DNA of 60,182 bases, filler included, from Sphacelaria rigidula (lineage: Eukaryota): assembly GCA_964200075.2 (NCBI GenBank). It is 9 parts of 9 records of this genome, joined end to end, with 100 filler letters (N's around TTAATTAATTAA, not from the genome) between each part and the next. Parts side by side here need not be neighbours in the genome. Positions count along the whole stretch, not along the records: positions 20,097 to 26,694 come from CAXNAA020019140.1; positions 26,795 to 33,392 come from CAXNAA020019141.1; positions 33,493 to 40,090 come from CAXNAA020019142.1; 6 more parts are not named here. One strand, given 5' to 3'. Below the pieces are notes generated by a model. That model was not told the DNA's origin. It saw nothing but the letters and a program-made list of their open reading frames with translations, and did no database searches. This document shows, one piece after another, positions 25,589-39,568 of the stretch. Numbering within the stretch: the first letter of the stretch is position 1; the number at the start of each line of letters is the position of its first letter. Made by a program: the position numbers and the translations under genes.

Positions 25589-27776
25589 TAGTTTTCATGT
25601 TCATGTGTATTATTTTGCGTCCGAAAGGGAGGTAGGGGGGTATCGACAGCTACTCATGGCTTCCTGTACTCGTGGGAAAAAGAAGTCGGGGATACATCAG
25701 TTTTCTTGTCATGGCAGATTTCGTTTGTTTACACATACACTCTTCTGCCAAGGTGGTCAATTCCGGGGGAACAATCCGTGTCACGTTCGCATTTTCCGGT
25801 AGTCGCATATTTGTTTCGACTGGACCACCATTTTTGTTCAACAACAGTCGACACGAAGTGATGACTGTCGTGGATTTCTACACCTGATCGCCACTTTATT
25901 CTAAACTCGCCTGATGTTCATAGTTCTTGGATGAACATACAACTGCGGCAAGACAAGCAGGATACAAGCACCTGGATACGTTCATGTGACGTGATAGATT
26001 TCCCAACGATAAACGCAAGGCAAACCGAGGAGGTAACATCCGCCCAGCCATCATTTACCCCCAAAACGAAGAATGAGGAAGTAAACACTTGTTCAACCTG
26101 TTGTGTTTGCCATAGGTAGCGGTTTAAATGAAACGTTGCGAACATCCTCACGATGTGTGATGCGCAAGACCAATGGTGACACGACCCTCCGTTTCGGTGC
26201 AGATGGTACAGTATCGACGACATCAGCGAGAGTGTGGCGAAGAACACCATCCGATGTTTTTCGTCCGACCCTTCAACATAATAGTGATACAGATGATTCC
26301 CGGCAGTTCTGTCCTTGCACGAACGCCATAGCGTCGAGACGCGAGCGTCGGCAGTGCTGCACGGTAAATCGAAAAGTTGACTGGCATATGATGGTGTCGT
26401 TCAGGTCAGTCGTCTTCCGTTGAAACACTCACTTGATTGACTGACGGGCGTAGCCAGATCACCCCCAGTACACTTTTGCACCCCACGGTGCACCGTACAT
26501 GCACGAACCATCATCGCCATGTACCTGAGACACGGCTCATGACTACAGCCTGGAAAAAGAGAAACTCAAGTTTTACAGAAACGTTTGTGAATCTATCTAC
26601 AGAAAGAACGCCCCCAATATTCTCCATAGAACAACAAATTGTGCGAATTGAGGTTTAACTCCGAGATGAGGTTCAAGCTTAAAACAGTGCCTTCNNNNNN
26701 NNNNNNNNNNNNNNNNNNNNNNNNNNNNNNNNNNNNNNTTAATTAATTAANNNNNNNNNNNNNNNNNNNNNNNNNNNNNNNNNNNNNNNNNNNNCGCTGA
26801 ACAAAAATTCGTGTGCGAAAATCCGTGCTTGCCGACCCTCGCCACTTCGCCCGATAATCTGTGGAGATCGCCGTAGATTTTGTCGCACACGGATTTTTGT
26901 TCAGCGGCCGCTCTCGAAACCTTGGAGCCAAGCGAATCTGAAAAGTGGGCTAGGCTCCTCTCGCTGGGGTGATGGAAAGTGTCCAAGACGTGTGTTGTTG
27001 GCGATTTTCCCTGTTTGGGGGTCAAAAAGTGGCTCAAACGCGATGAAAGTGAACAATCCATGGGCCAAAAACTGTGTGCCACAACATCCGGCCTAAGATA
27101 CGGTCTGTGAGCACTTTTTTTTCCGGACGGAAAAGTGCGGTCGATTTTTTTTTGCCGATCTGATGGGTCCACCGTATTTATGTTCCTAGAAGGCTTCAAC
27201 TCAAATTTATGATTATCGGCGCGCAGAGAAGAATTGCTCGAGGTGAAAAACAATCGTTTTCGATCGAAAACATGCGGTCGAAATGCACGAAGCGGCACTT
27301 GAATGAAAACATTTCAAAAGGATTTTGTTCTTGTCTGCCATAAGAAGCGACCGACGTACGGGATTTTATAAATAATTAATTGTGGATGAACGGTTGTGGG
27401 GACGAGTGAGGCTACACATCATCACTGCTGGGGAGTACGTTTTCGTTTTTTGGACAACATTTCATGCGCCGGACAACTCATGAGTTAACTCAGTTATGCT
27501 GTACAACTCATCACCCGGCCAGAATGTGCACCGCTGAATTATCTTGTATACCTCACCGGGCCAGAATACGCACCGCTGAGTTATCCTGTACTTCAACGTA
27601 TAACTCACCACACGCGGCCATTCGGCTACCGTCGAAGATCCTCCAGGGGATATTCCAAACGTCGCCCTCATGAGTTCCGTCCGTTTTGAAATCCTCACCA
27701 GAGGATCTTGGGTATTCGCAACCCTCTAGAAGATTTTCAATATTGAAGTCTCCCTCGAAGGTCTGAACCAATCAAT

Positions 27777-27983
27777 AGAGAGTTTCGGAAAACGTTTTTG
27801 TTGTTATTTCAGAGTGCAACTACCTCGGGGATCAGAATGTAACGAGAAATCATTCCTCCTTCCGTCAAATTTGGTATCCCCTTGATGATTTTTTTCGATG
27901 AGGTGGTTCTTTTATTCTGCTCTCTGATCTAAATATATTTGTAGCCTGAAAGGACAAAAAAAAAGCTTTTTCCGAAACTCTCC
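27777..27983. mobile_element. MITE, PIF/Harbinger (Tourist)-like
   Basis: TIR AGAGAGTTTCGGAAAA / TTTTCCGAAACTCTCC with 3-bp TSD AAT. Confidence 0.7.
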
Positions 27984-28373
27984 AATATCGAAATCCTCTC
28001 GATTGTTTTGAAGGCACTCGTACTATGGAAATCCAGAATTTGAACAGCCTCGGCTGTTACGAAAAAAAATCATTTATGCCCAATTCCAATATTGGAGTTC
28101 GATAATATTAGAAGTCGTTAATATTGGAAGTCGGCATGAGGATTTATTTATTTCGAACAGGGCTGTTCAAATATGCAGAATTCGAACAGCAGGGGGTGCT
28201 CGAAATACGTCCTCATTTTGCCCGTCAATTTACCCTCAAATTGGGCAAAAGCAGGACTTTCGAAGGGCCTCTGCTGTTCAAATCCCACACATATACTGTA
28301 CTGCTATTGTCAGCCTTCGAGATTCGGACAGCAGGGGCCCTTCAATCACCCTCGCGTCTTGCCCGCCAATTCA

Positions 28374-29765
28374 TACGAGCTGGGCCGGCCTATACGCGAG
28401 TTTGCGGTTTGCAGACTCCGTCTTGCCTCAACTTTGAGAGGTGGAGTTTCAAATTTTGTACGGAGAAAGAATGGGGCGTGCTCAAAAATGTCAAGTGGGA
28501 CATGGAGTTATTTTCCTCTTCGTGAGCTAGTGGCAATAACCAGTACCTGGTTATCGGGAAAATGCCGTTTACTGACGAAAAAAAAAATTCAATGTCCCGC
28601 TTCACAATTTTTTTATCATGCCCCCTATTCTTCCTCCGTACCAAATTTGAAAGTCAAACTCTCAGAATCGAGGTAAGGCGGCGCGATTGAGAAACCGGAC
28701 TGGCTGAAATTCGAATCAGCATTTTCTAGGCCACTTACCGGCCAAGGTTTGGTACGAGCTGGGCCAGCCAAGAGTAGGTGTGAATCTCGCTCAGGCGACT
28801 CACGGCGCGATATTAGGAGTTGGACGTCGAACTTTTGCCAGCAGCTTTTCATGATCGAAATGCAGAAGATCACCTGAGCAGCAAAGGAAAAAAAAGAAAA
28901 AGTTATCGGCATTTGAAATTTCAGCAAAAACAAGATAATGCCTCAAGTCTAGGGAAAAAAGGAGAATCTGCAGCTGCTCACGTGAAGTATCAGTCTCTTG
29001 GGCGCAGAAGGTCTGCCTGAAATTTCAGCCCGAGAGTCGTCGAATTCGGCCGTGCGTTAAACATTTTCCGTGACGTTGCTGCACCCCTATAAATCAAGTG
29101 ATGGGAAACTCCAATTATGGAGGTCGTGAGGTCGAATCCCGACAGATTCTCATTTTTTTCGTCCGTCGTTAAGGTCATACATCATGCAGTACATTTTCTT
29201 TCATTTTTTTTTCATGCAGCGGCGGTGCCGGGTCTTACCAGGCTGGTCTTCACTTCACAGTGATATGCTTACATCGGGTTCATTCGGGAAACTGGGGAAG
29301 CTGTGATGTGAGCAAGTTTTAGCCGTAATGAAGCTTTGTGTGGGACCTCGCTAGGCCGTTATGAACCAAACAAAAGTGGGAGAGGTTCATTTCTGCCCTT
29401 TATATTTCATTTGTCTAGAACCCTTTGGTATAGTCAAGATCATATTTCCACGAGAACGCCCACACTTCTCCAAAGAAAGAAGAAATGAAAGCTGTTTTTT
29501 TTTCCCTTCGGCATGCCCTTACGATTCTCCATGATAAGTTTCAAATCTCGATTTCAAAAGTTGAGCTGAAAACCTGAGATGAGATCCGAGAGCGTTGTTC
29601 ATTTTCCCTCACAACTCCCCTAAAAAAACGGGAAAAAAAGTGAAGAACAAAAGTACTGGGGTATTTTTAATGATGCCCGAGCGATTCTCCATACGAACTT
29701 TCAAAGCACAACTTTCAAAACCTGAGGCGCAATATCCGGATTACGTGCATTTAGTGCCATTACTC

Positions 29766-29799
<34 letters not shown>

Positions 29800-30622
29800 A
29801 GTACGGAACCTAAGGTGCACCATATCTCGAGATGGATAACGAACGAGGTAAACGTGAGTATATCGATCGTTTCCAGGTGACAGCCGATTATCGAAGTCCA
29901 GGATGGAGCTTTTCATCGAGGATGAGAATCCGGAGGATTCAAATCTTCGTTTCCACACCAAGTCTTCGAAATATGGTTCCACTCCTCCACCTACTGGTAG
30001 CTTTTGACAACTGCTACACGCCCTACAAATATGTATTTCGATAACCGAGATGTTGGGGTCCTATATGAAGAAACAACTTTGAGGGATTGAGGTGATCCGA
30101 TCAGATCGCTGAAATTCCCCGAAATTGTTTTTTGACCCAGGACCTCAATATTTCGGTTATTGGAATCCAAATTTGTGTGGCGTGTAGTACTTCTTAATGG
30201 CTACCAGTAGTAGGTGGAGGAACGAAGCCATATTTCGAAGATTTGGTGTGGACACGAAGATTTTATTCAATCCTTCAGGTTTTCACCCTCAATAAGAAGC
30301 TCCATCCTCAATTTCGATGAACGGCTGTTTCGTGCTCCAGGGAATGTCCACACCAAAATCGTCCTTATTCGCTTTATGTATCGTTCGGGGTTTCGTATAG
30401 ACGTTAGTATGGACGCTCTCTCCGTACGGTATAGGAATTGCCAGACATGGGATTTAATCAATGAGAAACAGTTGTCTCGGACTTTTGAGCAGATGGGCAC
30501 CTCTCTCGTGATCAGACGGTTAATACTGTACGATGTGCGGATCACGGCCCAACTCATCTGTGTCGATGAGATATTGCTTTGAGAGCTTCAATCCGCGTCT
30601 ATTGTAGGCCGGCCCAGATCCT
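28374..30622. mobile_element. Larger non-autonomous TIR element with nested repeats
   Basis: Left TACGAGCTGGGCCGGCCTA; right end reverse-complements to TAGGATCTGGGCCGGCCTA. Confidence 0.5.
29830..30390. repeat. Long imperfect fold-back; third arm copy at 30655-30790
   Basis: AAATCTTCGTTTCCACACCAAGTCTTCGAAATATGG pairs with CCATATTTCGAAGATTTGGTGTGGACACGAAGATTT. Confidence 0.8.
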
Positions 30623-31989
30623 ATCAATTAGGTAAAACGCGAGAATTTTGAAACAAAGATCCGATCATCGAAATTGAGGATGAAGCTTTTCATTGATGAT
30701 GAGAACCCGGAGGATTGAAATCTTCGTATCCACACCAAATTCTCAAAATATGGTTGCATTCCTTCGCCTACTGGTAGCTATTGACAAGTCGTGACTACCG
30801 TGATATAGGGTAACCGGGGAGGAGCTTTTATATCAAAGACATGACGGTGGTATGAGTGCCTTTTCACGTCAGATCTGAAAGTTTGGGTCTTCACCAGCGG
30901 TTACATCTATATCGAAGGACGGGGACGGATCTAAAGAAAATGCCGCACTTTGATTCACCCTAATGCTCTACTATTCTACCCGCCAGCTCTGACTCTGAAT
31001 CATCGGAAGAGCATATTGCTGTGAAAACATAATAATACTGAATAGTATGGGCGTCTGTCTGGTGTTGTATCGCAAGTTTCCTTTTGAGTACAGGGTCATT
31101 TTATCGACCGCCAACCACATGCTGTACCCAATTTTTGGTTGTAGTTGCACCCAGTGATGCGGAATATTAAGTATACAGGTTTCATGTGAACGGGGTGATG
31201 ATGGTATTGCATCCCCCCCCCCCCCCCCCCCCCCCCCTTTTTGTCTTTTGTGGGGGATTTCCCACTTACCCCACTTTGCGGAAACACCACGCCACCTGCG
31301 CACCATACAAACCATACGTAGATCACACGTTGGATGGAGCTCTCTTTTTTTACGATGCGGGATGCTCTCCAGGTAACCCCAAACATCAGCCGTCGCTATT
31401 TTTGTGTTCATCCCCTCAGTTCGACCTCCTTTAGTCGCGTTCAGCTGTAAATCTTTCGCGAAACATTGTATCTCCTTACTTCGAGCCCAGACATGCACCC
31501 GCAACACGTAAACCACTTTCAGCCCCGGAGGTTTTCTTATCTAGTGGGTTTTTCATTAGAGGTGACAGCTGCCGAACTTGGGCTTGAGCTGAGCGTTGGG
31601 GTGTTGTTACACTGCTTTCTCATGCACAACCCCCCTACGTTGAATAGCGTAACCAAAAATAAGACTATCTTCGAATACGTGCAGTCCATACTCATCGCAG
31701 GTCAAGAAAGCTAGTAAGCGCGTTCGACCGTACTCCAACAGAAAATCATCTGAGTAAGCATCCCGTTGTTGTTCAAGACTTGACGTTTTTGTTCGAATGA
31801 TACTACGATGGGACGGAGGCGCGGGGGGTTGAGAGCCACGTATTTCACAAACGATCCTCCTTGAAGCGTCGCTGGAAGCAGAATGATGTATCAATATGGC
31901 TGGGTGCATGCCTCGATGGGGAATCGGTATGATGGAATCAGCGGGGTTTGAGCCTGATGTTGAGAGAAGCGGACGGGCCTGGCGAAACC

Positions 31990-32232
31990 TACGTGCAACG
32001 TACCTGGGTGGATGCCGAAGTTGCACCACGCCCGAACTTACGAGTGGTGATTGTCCACATCATGTCCATTATTTGGACGTTACACTTGGCAAACAATCCG
32101 ACCACCAAACCAAACTCCAAGCATGTCGACATTCGCCAGCACTTCTTTCGCGAACGGGTGGCGAACGGGGAGTTTAGGGTGTTTCATGTGAAGTCGGCCT
32201 TGCAATATGCTGATCATTTCCAGTCTGGATAA
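31990..32232 (+). pseudogene. Copia RNase H C-terminal remnant, followed by probable 3' UTR/LTR sequence to contig end
   Basis: LANNPTTKPNSKHVDIRQHFFRERVANGEFRVFHVKSALQYAD. Confidence 0.85.
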
Positions 32233-33791
32233 TATTTGTTTTCTTTCGTTTTTGGTTGGATTTAGGGTCTTCATTTTTATTTTATTTTTTCGCTTATGAG
32301 CAATAAACTGACTGCTGCAATATACTGCTCTGGAGAATCACGGGGGGGGGACTCGAGTGTCGTGATTCTGCACGCAGTATTAGCAGCGTTCGAATTTGAT
32401 TATTCGGTGTGTCTTCATGTTATGACCACAAGGGTTTGGCGTCGATCCCCTCTGCGTGCAATACCAAGGGGGTTTGGGCTTTTGATTATACACTTGAGAA
32501 CAATGTAGCAGGGGGGCTGAAGATTCAGTTGAAAGTGTCATGATATTCAAGCAACAGTAAATAAAGTCATTTCCGTTTTCACTGTTTTGCTTTTCGTGAT
32601 GGAATGAAGGATGCGGTTTTGACATATTTTGGTGAATCATCGTGAAGGCTTTCGTGCTTCCGAGACCTGGTTAAAATTGGTCAGTATAGTTGAATTACGG
32701 TTTTGTCTGCGGATTCTATCTTGATACATTGCCACATTCCCCATGAAGAGAAGTATGGTACACCTACATATTATGGGCAGATAACCACAAGGGTGCGCGT
32801 GAATGCCAGAACTATTTTTCTGATGTAGTGTTGTTTTCGAGAATATTATGTTCGGCGCGGATCAAGAAGTTATTGAGATGAAGTGAGATTTTATGGAATA
32901 TTTTCTTGAGGGTTAGGGTTGATTTAAATTGACGCGATTTTGAATGCTTTTGAAATCTTCCGGAAAATGTTTGGAATGAAGAGATCTGGAAGGTGTATGC
33001 TTGATGCGAAAGAGGAAATTGACGTTTGGTTGATTATTGTTTTTTCTTGGCTATTCATAAAATATTTCGTGATCATCCCATTCCGATTAGGGGGTCTGTT
33101 TCGGGTAATCGGTCCGAGATGATGATCTACGGGTACTCTAGTCGGAGAATTGTGTGGAGAAGGACTATGTAGCGAGGAGTACAGTCAGCTGACCTGCACT
33201 GTGCTCCCTACTCGCCGGAGGTGATCCTCCGGGGTGTGCGTGTACTCTGTGGGCATGCATGCAACGTCAAAAACGAGGAATTGAGTCAGCCTTCTACATG
33301 TAACTGTGTTTTCGTGAGATTGAGAGTAGATGATACGATTGAGAGTGGCTTTGATCATTCGCTTTAAGTGAGTCATTGTTTTATTCCACCTGNNNNNNNN
33401 NNNNNNNNNNNNNNNNNNNNNNNNNNNNNNNNNNNNTTAATTAATTAANNNNNNNNNNNNNNNNNNNNNNNNNNNNNNNNNNNNNNNNNNNNTGAAGAGA
33501 GACGCCACGAAAACCGGTGAGAAGTAGCTCCCCCGAGTTCAACGGGGAGAGAGGAGAAAGAAAAGTACTGGTTGTATGAATTTTTTGGATAATGGTTTCA
33601 AACCATTATTCACCGTCACCGGCTTTGTCCTTGAAAATTAGCCCACTTTTAACGTACGTTTCAACTCAAGTGAAGCCAAATCGCGTGAAAACGTGCCTCC
33701 GGCACGGGGCCTCCGGCGGGGCCCCCTCTGCCGGGGGCTTTTTGGCTCGAGCCTGCGCCGCTCGATGACCAAACCATCATATACCATTTAA

Positions 33792-34775
33792 CTGGTTGAT
33801 TTTTTCGGGACCGAGCCTCAGAACGACCAATGAGGCTGGTTAGGAATGACGTGTCTAGCGTCTGCACGAAACAGCGACTTCATGTGAAAAACCACGTACG
33901 TAACGGCAGGGTTAGGAGGACGACCGACAGTTTCATCCGATCTATTTTCAGGTTCAGACACAAACTGTAATTCGGGTGGGGTGCGCGTTAGTAATGTACA
34001 TCTGATGCAACGAACAGTATGGGTCGCCGTAGAAAGCTTTCAACAGGGTGCGGCGACCGGCGGGCCGCCCGCCACTTGTGGCTTTGGAGGGTGTTTTTGT
34101 TCCCATCACCTTGCCACACAGCCCTTTGTGGTCGGGGTGGGCCGCGATTTACCCCTTTATTACGCCTGTCCGACTGCAGCAGCAGCGGCCGCGGCATACT
34201 CCCTTGCACGTTCTGGACAGTTATCAGCTACCGAAATCAGCCGCCTATATTCCGCTTGTTCGTCCCCGCCTACTACACACATGTTTACTGTGTTCTGCAA
34301 GGCATCGACAGGAGGATGGGCAAAACTCATGACTGTAGCTCCTTCTCTCCTTCCACAGCCCAGCTGGGTTTCGTGCCTCGTGAAATTGACCACATCGTAG
34401 GATGTACCCTTCTCCCCGCTTTTTTGCCCTCAAAAATGTGTGAGTGTAATTACTACGTTTTAGTCTAGGCTTGCGACCCAAAAACATCCTGGAAATCACG
34501 GGAGTGCTATACTGACTGCAAGAAAAACGATAAATTGTTCCTCGAGCATCCTGCCTTTGCATGCCTGGGAAGGCATTTATCTGGGGCAGGGGCAGGGCCC
34601 CCACACGGTCCTGGCAGTGACATCAAACTCGGTAACAATCCCTGCGCTGGTCGTTCGGGTCTGGTCGATAAATTTCGCCTCGCCGTGATTGGGCAGATTG
34701 CTCCCCGACTTATTTTTGATTATTTTACTTACACACGGTGAACCCCGTGTTGGTGGGGGGTCAGTCCCAAAGGGG
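33792..34775. mobile_element. piggyBac-like non-autonomous element
   Basis: Right end GTCCCAAAGGGG|TTAA; left part homologous to 6394-6599, TTAA at 33788 but left TIR degenerate. Confidence 0.55.
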
Positions 34776-37700
34776 TTAATGGTTAGACACATCATGTCCG
34801 AGCTCTAGTTATTCACGTTTCACGTTTCGTTTAGTCGCATGTATACCATTATCCTGCAGAGTGCACTTAGGCGAGGCTTTGCCGGGTGCGGCCTTCATGC
34901 ACCGCAAAACACCTGTCAAGAAACGATACTCGTGAGACACGCCAGATCTACAGACGTAGTGCAGGCACTCGGACGTCATGATTTGTCGCATTGGTTGCTT
35001 CATCATGGATGCATTTTGTCTGCACACAGCACAGCACGCGGCTCAGGAGGCATCCAGAGGAAAGCAACGGGCTCTCTTGTCCGCCGTGTTCTAGTCCATC
35101 GCCCCATGCCAAGCCCTTTTTAGCGCACAACAGCCAGCAGGACTTTAATCCCTCCGCAGGGTGATCCGTTATTTTGGCGGAAGAGACAACGCCTTCATGT
35201 AAACAAAGAGATCCGGGCCCACTACGATAGGCCATCGCCTCACGCATGGCTCGTACGTCATCTTGGGGATGTTTGCTCATAACTAGTAGGTGCTCCGCAA
35301 TCGCATTTGCATCCCCGCTGTTGAAGGCATTAATGGCGAAACCAGCAGGACACGGAGGCGTTGAGGGTGCAGCTATCCCGCTCGCTGTAAGCGGTGCATA
35401 ACGTGACTTGGACTACAACAAAAGCCCACATTGGCTCCTCGATCGTGTTACTATACTAGCCTGCCGCGATGCTATTGGTCGGGAAAAAAACGCGCAATCC
35501 ATTCTATAGTAGCGCCCGGACGTCCTCGTAGTTCTTCGTCGTCTACAGTATTGCCATACTACATGGGACATTCTGGACTTGCAGCAGGCCGCGGGCGCTT
35601 AGACGGTTCATGGCGACAGTACAGTTACATTGATTGAGTGTGGTGACTGTTTAAGGATGCAGTACTTCTTGTGCAGCCAGCAGACCATCAGTAAAAGTCA
35701 GCCGTAGTCGTATGTATGTATCGAGTAGGCCACCATCCTGGGATCAGATTTGGTTTCCTGGAGGAGGAGGCTCATGTCTGGGTTCACAGTGTAAGACATC
35801 GATGGTTTACACACACAAGAATACGAGACACGGCATAGTCAATGGAGTCCACAAAGCTTGTAACCACCAATTTACGCAGAAATATGATTTGTAGTGAATC
35901 TCTCAGCATTATGTGCTCAACAAACTCCGGCTCAATTCCACCCACTACAGAGCAAACACTGGGAATCAAGTCACTTGGGGAGTTTTCCGACAATTTGTTT
36001 TGACACGTTTCGGACTTGAGCCAGGACCTTGAGTGGAAGAGGTTTGACTGAACCCACCCAAACCTTTTATAGCATGATATCAATGATCTCAAGAGTATGG
36101 ACGTTGCCCTAGGGACCCTAGGGACGTGGAAAGCGATGTATTACAAAAGTAAAAGTCTCTCCCATCACCATGGGGCTTGTCCACGCGGGAGGGGTGATGA
36201 ACACCAAACAGGGATAAACTCTGCAATCTCTCGTTCCACCCCACCTCATTCTATTCCAAGCGTCGGTTATGCTTTGCTCCCGTCCCACGACCATTTGCAC
36301 CACCGCCCATACTCCCTACGTGCTGAAGCCTTGCCCGCAAGAAATGGAGATCAAAGAGTGCAGCGTTCAGTCCGGAAACCCGCAACATCCGTCATCATTT
36401 ACGAATATACAGAGGCGTTTAAACCAGCATAATGATGAAATAAATCATTCATTCGCGTAACACTTGGTCTGGCGCGGTTTGCAAGTCCAGTAGAAGATGA
36501 TGAGAAGCACACTGTCAAAATCAACCTATCCCCGTCTTGCATTTTCGCCCGTATCAAACTGTTTCATGATCAATCGCTCGAAGTTGATCATGGACGCTTT
36601 TGCGCAAAACCTGGTTTGCTAGCACAGAGTCGTACTAGTGAATTACACGGCCCACAAGGGCTGCGGAATCACTACTGCTAAAATATCGTCACTTCAATCA
36701 TGGAACCACATACGCGGCAGCAGCACTGACTGTTGCCGCCGCAAAAGGAAAATCTGAACGCAATACACACGGCAGTACTGTAAGCCGTGCCATGCTCTGT
36801 TGCGCTAAGTAATGGCTTTGAATGTAACTCCTGAAAGTGCGTGGAAAGCTGAGTTCCTTCATCCTCTAACACGTCATCCCTTACGGTCGTGGAAATACGG
36901 TTTGATTTTTTTTCCAAGGCTTTTCACACGACCGGCGTTACACGTGTCTTCTTGCGACGAGTTCATGTTCTCGAACCGGTTCACAGAGATGGTGACGTGA
37001 GGTTTTCATTTTCCTGCCGTCCGGTTCAAAGATGGTCATATGAAGCCTGTGCCCGCTTTAGACATGGCCATGTGGTATATTCGCTTTTGCCGTCCAGTTC
37101 GAAATGGTCATGTGAGACTCGTACTCGAATCAGGGATGGTCACGTGAGAGCTTGCCCTGTACAGAAGCCTTGTTTCCTCTCCGCGTGATATGCTACGTGG
37201 AGAACGTTGGAATTTTTAGCGGACATTTCTAGGTTGTATCAAGCGGGCGTGTCCGCATTACGCTCCGCCACCAGTTCGAAAGCGTTTGGATGCCTTGTGG
37301 TCATCATGGGGACACTGAGCAACCAAAAGTGGCGTCCAAACCGTTATCTGAGCAGTGTGGAGGTTGGTTTACCCCATTTCGTATCTCCAAATCCATGGTT
37401 GACACATGTTCGGAATAATGCTGACCGTAACCACAACCCGATGTATGCTGAGAGCCCTCGGTTACGGGTGCGGCAATGGGTGCCCTAGGCAAAGTGCGCG
37501 TTGGCGGACCTCAAATCGACGCCGTCGATTCGTACAAAGAGGCGTTCTGCGCACGCTAGAAGCACGCGGGACTGTCGGTCTTACTAAAGACACGATTCTC
37601 CGTGTCCACACTCAGACCAAGTATGTTTCAGCCGTGAATTTGGAGATACGAAGTAGTGTAAACTCTGCTCGTGGTGTGCGGAAGCGTTTTCCGTGCCGTA

Positions 37701-38357
37701 GGGTTACCCCGAAATTTCCATGATATTTGACGCCGCCGCCGGCAATGATCCTTCGCGTTGAGGTGGTCTGCACAACAGTACAACAGATGGCGTGTAGAAC
37801 ACCTACAGAAATGAGACACGCACACACATATACGCACATACACTTCGTATAGATACTGTATGAATCACTATTATTGATCTGTCGGGGACGAAATACCTTC
37901 TTACATTGGCGACACCCGTGGGTTTCTAGTTGCACATGTTTTCATTTCGTGCATCAAAATGCAAAGTCAAACCGCACCCGGAGGGAGGTGGTACTCGCGT
38001 TTGCTCAAGGTCAGGCACTTTTGCACGAAATTTTCGCCGAGAAAGGTTTACGCCGACGAAATGGGGTGCGCCCAGCACCCTCCAACTCCTGAACCGCGAA
38101 CACGTGCCACACGGACTACTGGTGACTGGTAATTCGCTTATTCGTCAGACGAAGGACATCGATTGAACACATGAGTCATGGGTACTTCATCTCACAAGGG
38201 TCTAGGAATATGTAGACATACCACTGTTGCGTACGTTTCAAGTGGGTAGTCGCGCGCCTTTCCCTGCCCAGTCGTACGGTGAACCGTATGCGCACATAGG
38301 TTCGCCGGTCGTCACTTGATCCAACTGATCCCAGTGCCCCCCCCTCCTCCCCCCTCC

Positions 38358-38398
38358 GCACTGATCACACTACTAAGGCAAGCAACAAATGAGTACGC
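38358..38398 (+). mobile_element. Very short family PC copy with C-rich direct repeats
   Basis: ACTAAGGCAAGCAACAAATGAGTACG, both flanks contain CCCCCCTCCG. Confidence 0.7.
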
Positions 38399-38793
38399 CC
38401 CCCACCCCCCACCCCCCACCCCCCTCCGTGTGGTGATCAGATATTGTGCATGCCGCTTTCTTCGAAAATACGTGAGAAGGATCTTCATATGTTCGTACGT
38501 TCGGCCTCTATCTTGATCACTGAGGCCGTGTCTTAGCACATCATGTTTCGACAGAAGAAGTGCGGTGGAAAACAAATATTCCGATGTGATGGGTCGTGAT
38601 CAACCATCTTCAAAATACACCACGATAGTTGAAATCACGATCTATCAGATCACAGTTTTCGTTTTGTACCTCTCAAAATCTACATCATGTCATCGATACA
38701 TCTCACCGCCAAAATTATCGCCCCCCCCCCCCCCCCCCCCCCCGCCCGTCACTCGGCGCGCCCACGCCCGACCGCCCGCCGCGGCGTGAGCAG

Positions 38794-38985
38794 GATGCTG
38801 GTACGACTTACCAGTCAGTCGCGAAGAGCACACTTGAGGCGAGAGGGCCGCTGGGGTTCTATCGCGGGCTGTCGTCTATGGTGTATTTCGCCGCTCCCAA
38901 GGCGGCGATTCGATTTGGATCTTTCGAATTTTTCTCCGGGTTGTTGAGCACCTCTGATGGGGGCGACAAGTACGGCCTCGGTTCG
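38794..38985 (+). CDS. Mitochondrial carrier (citrate/tricarboxylate transporter, SLC25A1/CTP1-like), internal exon
   Basis: GPLGFYRGLSSMVYFAAPKAAIRFGSFEFF; CAG acceptor and |GTGAGT donor, 192 nt, phase 0-0. Confidence 0.88.
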
Positions 38986-39320
38986 GTGAGTCTTTTGTTT
39001 TTTTTCGCTCGATCTTTTGATTGCACAGAAATGTAGAAAATCTAACGATACTGCGTCGGCGTGAGTGTGATTCAGGTGGACAGGCGTGCCGCGTCACACG
39101 TGCTGTTGGTTGGTGGTTCTCTGTTTTTTATTTTCTTTCATCTAGTGGTCTGCAGATGAGGGCCTCCACCCTCTAGTTTTTTGGCGCTGTTTTTGGAAGG
39201 AACGATGGCTGATCTTGGGCTAGCAGGTGGAGACAACCCCAGTGCGTGTTCGGGTCGTCCGAAATACGTTGTCTGAACGGTGAGCGTGGATTGTCGTAAG
39301 AGCTAGGTGCTCGGAAACTA

Positions 39321-39568
39321 CCAAGGGTCTACGCGTTACACGTTACACTCGTTACGTTCACGTTTCACGTCAAAAGTCGTCAAAAGTTAAGCCAGGCTAG
39401 AACTACGATGGGAGACGGGGACCACATGGGCAGCCCTGATTTAACTTGGCTTTTGAACAGGGCTCCCCACGCGGTCCCCGTCCCCCACCGTAGTACTAGC
39501 CTGGCTAACCTTTGACGTAAATCATGACACGGCGTGGCACGTAACAAGGGTAACGTGTAGACCCTTGG
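39321..39568. mobile_element. Near-fully palindromic MITE in intron
   Basis: TIR CCAAGGGTCTAC / GTAGACCCTTGG; inner arms AGCCAGGCTAG...GACGGGGACC / GGTCCCCGTC...CTAGCCTGGCT. Confidence 0.85.

Noticed and set aside
20097..26694. Whole contig as one TIR transposon, since FB1 arms lie at both ends
   Set aside because: The arms are oriented as outer parts of two separate fold-back insertions whose centres fall off the contig.
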